A stretch of DNA of 64,000 bases from Raillietiella orientalis (Eukaryota), in contig JAYWIR010000027.1 in assembly GCA_036172245.1 (NCBI GenBank), forward strand, positions 1,240,001-1,304,000. The letters are read 5' to 3'. The translations under genes and the position numbers were made by a program. Positions 60,330-64,000 of the stretch are shown in pieces. The notes under the pieces are model-generated. The model saw nothing but the letters and a program-made list of their open reading frames with translations, was not told where the DNA came from and made no database searches. The number at the start of each line of letters is the position of its first letter. Position 1 is the stretch's first letter.

Positions 60330-60870
60330 GTTTTCTTAAAAAAGGGCCGTAGCGGACTCACGGGGAAGGGGGAGGGGGGATTATACACAGAGAGGGGGAC
60401 ACAGTACGCTGCCTGGCGTCCTCTGCATCCTGTTCGGGATGACGGCAAGTTCTTTCCGTATAGCGTCCAATTGGGGCCACCTCGAGGCGGTCCTCAGAAA
60501 GATCGCGCCCAGTGGATGGCGTTGGCGTCTGTGCCACTTCGGGCTCTTCTCCTGCCGTTTCAGGACGCCAGGATCCCCGCGAAAGCATCAGAGCACTACG
60601 AGGGACGCAGCTAGCGGCAGTGCGGCACCGCGCACGAAGAGTCTGAAAATGTTCCTGGGGCTGCCCGCCGAGGTTCCTAGGGTCGTCGAGAGGCGATCCC
60701 GAAGGGGTCGGAGGGCAGCACAATCTCTAACAGCAGGTGCAGGAGGATCGCCTTCTTCCTTTACTTATTCTCCCCCGTGTCCGGTTGTGAAGGAGCGCTT
60801 TGCACGGGATTCCCCTCATGCACCACCAGCAACTCCGACTCCCGCCACTCTAGGGGGAGAGGGTGAAGGG
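60330..60870 (-). mobile_element. 5'-truncated LINE remnant
   Basis: EDRLEVAPIGRYTERTCRHPEQDAEDARQRTV; nucleotide similarity to the 8500-8850 and 58700-59000 copies. Confidence 0.85.
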
Positions 60871-60871
60871 T

Positions 60872-61525
60872 AGCCGAGGATGATGGAAATCCTTGGCCAC
60901 GCTTGGACATCCTTGGCCAAATAGGGTTCTGTTTTCACTGCTATCCGAGGGTGCACGCCTCACTCTTCAAGTTATAGGGGGTGAACCTGGATGGACCACC
61001 CTATGAATCCAGGAAGAGCTCCTCAGGAAGGGATCTGCTCCTCTCACATTTAAGAGGAAATCCCGAAGGGAGGTTCACTTCTCATTTTCTTCTCCGAAGA
61101 GACCTCTGGCAAGGGAACCGCTCCCTGTTTCCTCTCCTGAAGGGAACTCCGAAGGGACGCTCCCAAATTTCTCTGAAGGGTCTCTTTTCGAAGGGAACAG
61201 AGCGCTTCTTCACAACTTCTTCACGCCTTGGAGAGGTGTCGATTCACCATCTGTATGGTAAGAGATGGACGACTCCAACTTCACAACCGGATTGGAACTC
61301 TGAAGGGCTCCGTGATATCCTGGAAGGATCCCGGAGGAGGGGGGGCTTGCAAACCCAGTCAGTCGACGGGGTTTCCACCGGTGGCTCACCCGAAGTCTCC
61401 AGGCCAACCAGCGTCGTCCTGTGAGGGGAAGAGGAGGGGCGGGGAGATTCGAAACTTACGACTCATCACCCATTCTCTGCGTCGACCCTCTTTTCCCTCG
61501 CTGGGATTGGAACCCACGACGATAT
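60872..61525 (-). mobile_element. tRNA-headed SINE-like repeat, copy 3 (longest)
   Basis: Collinear with copies 1 and 2; two B-box-like motifs at ~61447 and ~61505; abuts the truncated end of the LINE at 60870. Confidence 0.7.
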
Positions 61526-62329
61526 GAGCCGCGCGTGCGGAGACCGCCGCGGCCACGCAGGCTTGCGCTTCCTCCGCGTCGAAGGACTTCTGAGGATCGT
61601 TGCTCGATCCTGACTCGCTGCATCTACAAATTCCAGAAAGCACATCCGCATCCGGGAGGATTTGGGGGATCCTCCGCGTGGTGTACGTGCGAGCCGGGCT
61701 GCACGCTTGGGGGCGACCGCGGACTACTCCGCCGTCCGCCGGAGAGCGACAGCGTCGACGCGATTCGGCTCCACCCGCGCCGGTCCTGGGAGCAGTTGGT
61801 CCAGAAGAGAAGCTGAACGCTTTGCATGTGAGGCTGGTTGCGGAACGTCGAAACTTCCAGAGCAGGATGATTCTGAAGGGCAGACCCTGGGCCGTCCTTC
61901 ATCGGTAAAGCTCTCTGAAGAGCCACGAGGTGGCCTCCGCCCTTCCCTCTCTGCTTGCACCCTCGGCTGCCGCAGATGCACACACCTCAAGAGTCGCTCC
62001 TACGCGCTGGCTGGAGAAACGTTTTCGATCCCTCGCCGGCAGTCACCGGGTAACCGCAGTGACCACAACACTGGATGGTGTTTTCACCGAAAGGAACACA
62101 CGTGGCCCAGATGGCGCCTCTGGTGGGAGGCACTGCTTCACCGCTCGTAGGAGCATCCATTCATCCTCCGACGCAACCCCCGGTGGGAATGCAGGACGAT
62201 GGCCTGCGCCGAAGGGGGGTCACCACATCTTAGGACTCGAGGAATCGCAGGATGAAATTCTCTAGGCTCCAGTCGCACCCTCTCTGCGGCGCACCGAAAG
62301 GTCTGGGCAGGTTTCTCCCCGCAGCCTCA

Positions 62330-63640
62330 GCACCTCCCTTCCCCGCTTGCATGTCCGTCAGCCTCCGCGTCCTCTCTGAGATGCCGATAAGTTCCTCCTG
62401 GTTGTGCCTCAGGCGCGGTTATCTCGCGCCGCGACCCTCAGCAACGGGAAGACGAAGGAGGTGGCTCCTCTGCTTTTGTTACGGCCTCTACCGCCGGGGC
62501 CTCCAGCTGCCACGATACTGAGGTCTGTGGGAAAAGTCATAGTTGCTACCCGCCCGAGTTCTTTCTCCTGTGCTTCTGACGAAGAAGGCAGTGGTCCTCC
62601 TCAGATGGGGGATGCACAGGGAAATGATCCCTTCCTCCATGAGGTATTCAGCACCTCCTCCAGTCCTGGACCCGCGTGTGCCGGGGAAGCATACGGAGCT
62701 AAATCTCCCCCTCCCCTTGCGCTTCGTGCATGCTGAAAGAGGGAGGGAGGGAGGGAGGGAGGGAGGGAGCCAGCTTTGAGCTGCGCACCCGAACCCGTCT
62801 CCACGTGCCCAGATGGCGGGGCCGAAAACCTTGGACTAGTTTCTCACGCAGAGGAACGCGTCCGACTCCACTCGGGGGCGCTGGCAGCCCGCCACACGAG
62901 GAAGTCCGTGGAAGCCCTGTGGCAACGCAAGACGGCCCTATCTCGTAGGAAAGTCTGAGCAGGGAGCGCTCTGTGGTCTGACGGATGGAGCTGTGATGAG
63001 TGCGGGGCTGCTGAGGAGGAAACGCCTCTTCCTCTTTTTTTCAGCAGGGAGTGGGGGTCGATGGTCGTGGGTCCAGGGACGGAGGAGTCCTTCGGGAGCT
63101 TGGCGATCTCCTGGCTGCGCACGGACCTGAGACGCTGATGGTTGCATCCGCCATGCAGCTCAGCGGTGGTGTCCGCCAGCCCCTCCAGCTGCAGCATCTT
63201 GGCCGGTGGGAGTGGATCCACGGCACGCACTGTGGTCATCCAGCAACATTTCGTGGACCTTCGACATCGCCCGACGGAGGTGTGGATGTCACCGCGCAGA
63301 TGGCGCGCTTGCCGCTTTGCTGGTTGGAAGGCGCTCTCTGCTGAAGAGCGCGTGTGGACGGGTGGAGGGAACCCTGCCTCTCAATGCCCTCACCTGATGA
63401 GGCCCAGGATTCCACCTCCCGATGTGAGTGTGGGTCCTCCTCCAATGGGCCATCAGGGGAGGATGGTGGCGAGGAATTCCTGAGCTGGCCCTCGGTCACT
63501 GCGCTCTCAGTGGGATCGGATTGCTGGGCGGAAGCGACGGACTGGCGGCCTGGACCCAGGAGGGCTGCTCGGGAGGAGCAGGGAGGTGTTGGTGCGTGGA
63601 GGATGGAGCTCTCCATCCACATGGGACTGAGGGTGGCTCG
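62330..63640 (-). mobile_element. Decayed LINE remnant with APE-endonuclease traces and a C-terminus related to the 5165-7260 copy
   Basis: 62400-62480 matches 18500-18585 (GCCTCAGGC...GCAACGGG.AGACGAAG...GCTCCTCTGCTTTTGTT). Upstream peptides ILHAPT, LEGLADT..LH and PSDHRA resemble APE motifs. Confidence 0.6.
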
Positions 63641-64000
63641 GCCCCGCCTCGCTCCCTTGTGACGATTTGGGAGTCTCGTGTGTCAGCCGCTCCCCCTCCC
63701 GGAGCTCTTCGACCACTCTCTGGAAGTCTGCGCTCTCCCCTGGTCACTCTGCCTCTCACCGGAGCCCGCGGAGCCGCGGCCGGCCCCTCGCACCCGCCTC
63801 GCGTGGACGCGCGGAGGGGGATGAAGGGCCCGCCACCGGCGTTCCCCGACACCTCCCGGTTCCTCCCGAGTAGCCTTCTTGGGATCCGTCGCCTGGCCGC
63901 CTTCGCCGCCATCCGCGCTCGCTGGATGCCGTCTCTGGCAGTCGTTGTCGCTAGGGCAGACAGGGCGTCCGAGGCAGGCGTCTCCCCGCCTCGGACACCC

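Noticed and set aside
1..64000. CRISPR array, rRNA, prokaryotic operon or defence system
   Set aside because: No regularly spaced repeat-spacer array, no rRNA signature, no gene-dense organisation. The only clear gene has spliceosomal introns.

Overview
Eukaryotic, GC-rich genomic DNA; an invertebrate or arthropod-like origin is inferred from the gene and its mini-introns. (1) The first 25.6 kb is a giant, near-perfect inverted repeat. Bases 1-~12010 are the reverse complement of ~13601-25621, separated by a ~1.59-kb unique spacer, and the left arm runs off the window edge. The recognisable content of the arms is decayed L1/Tx1-type LINE fragments. (2) One convincing protein-coding gene lies on the minus strand: a DPP4-family (S9B) dipeptidyl peptidase. 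It has 14 reconstructable GT-AG coding exons between 43875 and 30542 (~780 aa), an intact Ser-Asp-His triad and the DWLYEEE motif. (3) The rest is mostly transposon debris: about 9 independent LINE remnants, a three-copy tRNA-headed SINE-like family, a TTAA-flanked piggyBac-type MITE, a probable Penelope RT remnant, microsatellites and an AT-rich island. The LINE 3' UTRs share a covarying hairpin and a conserved terminal motif. Most long ORFs in the six-frame track are GC-rich noise. No prokaryotic system, rRNA, CRISPR array or intact tRNA was seen.
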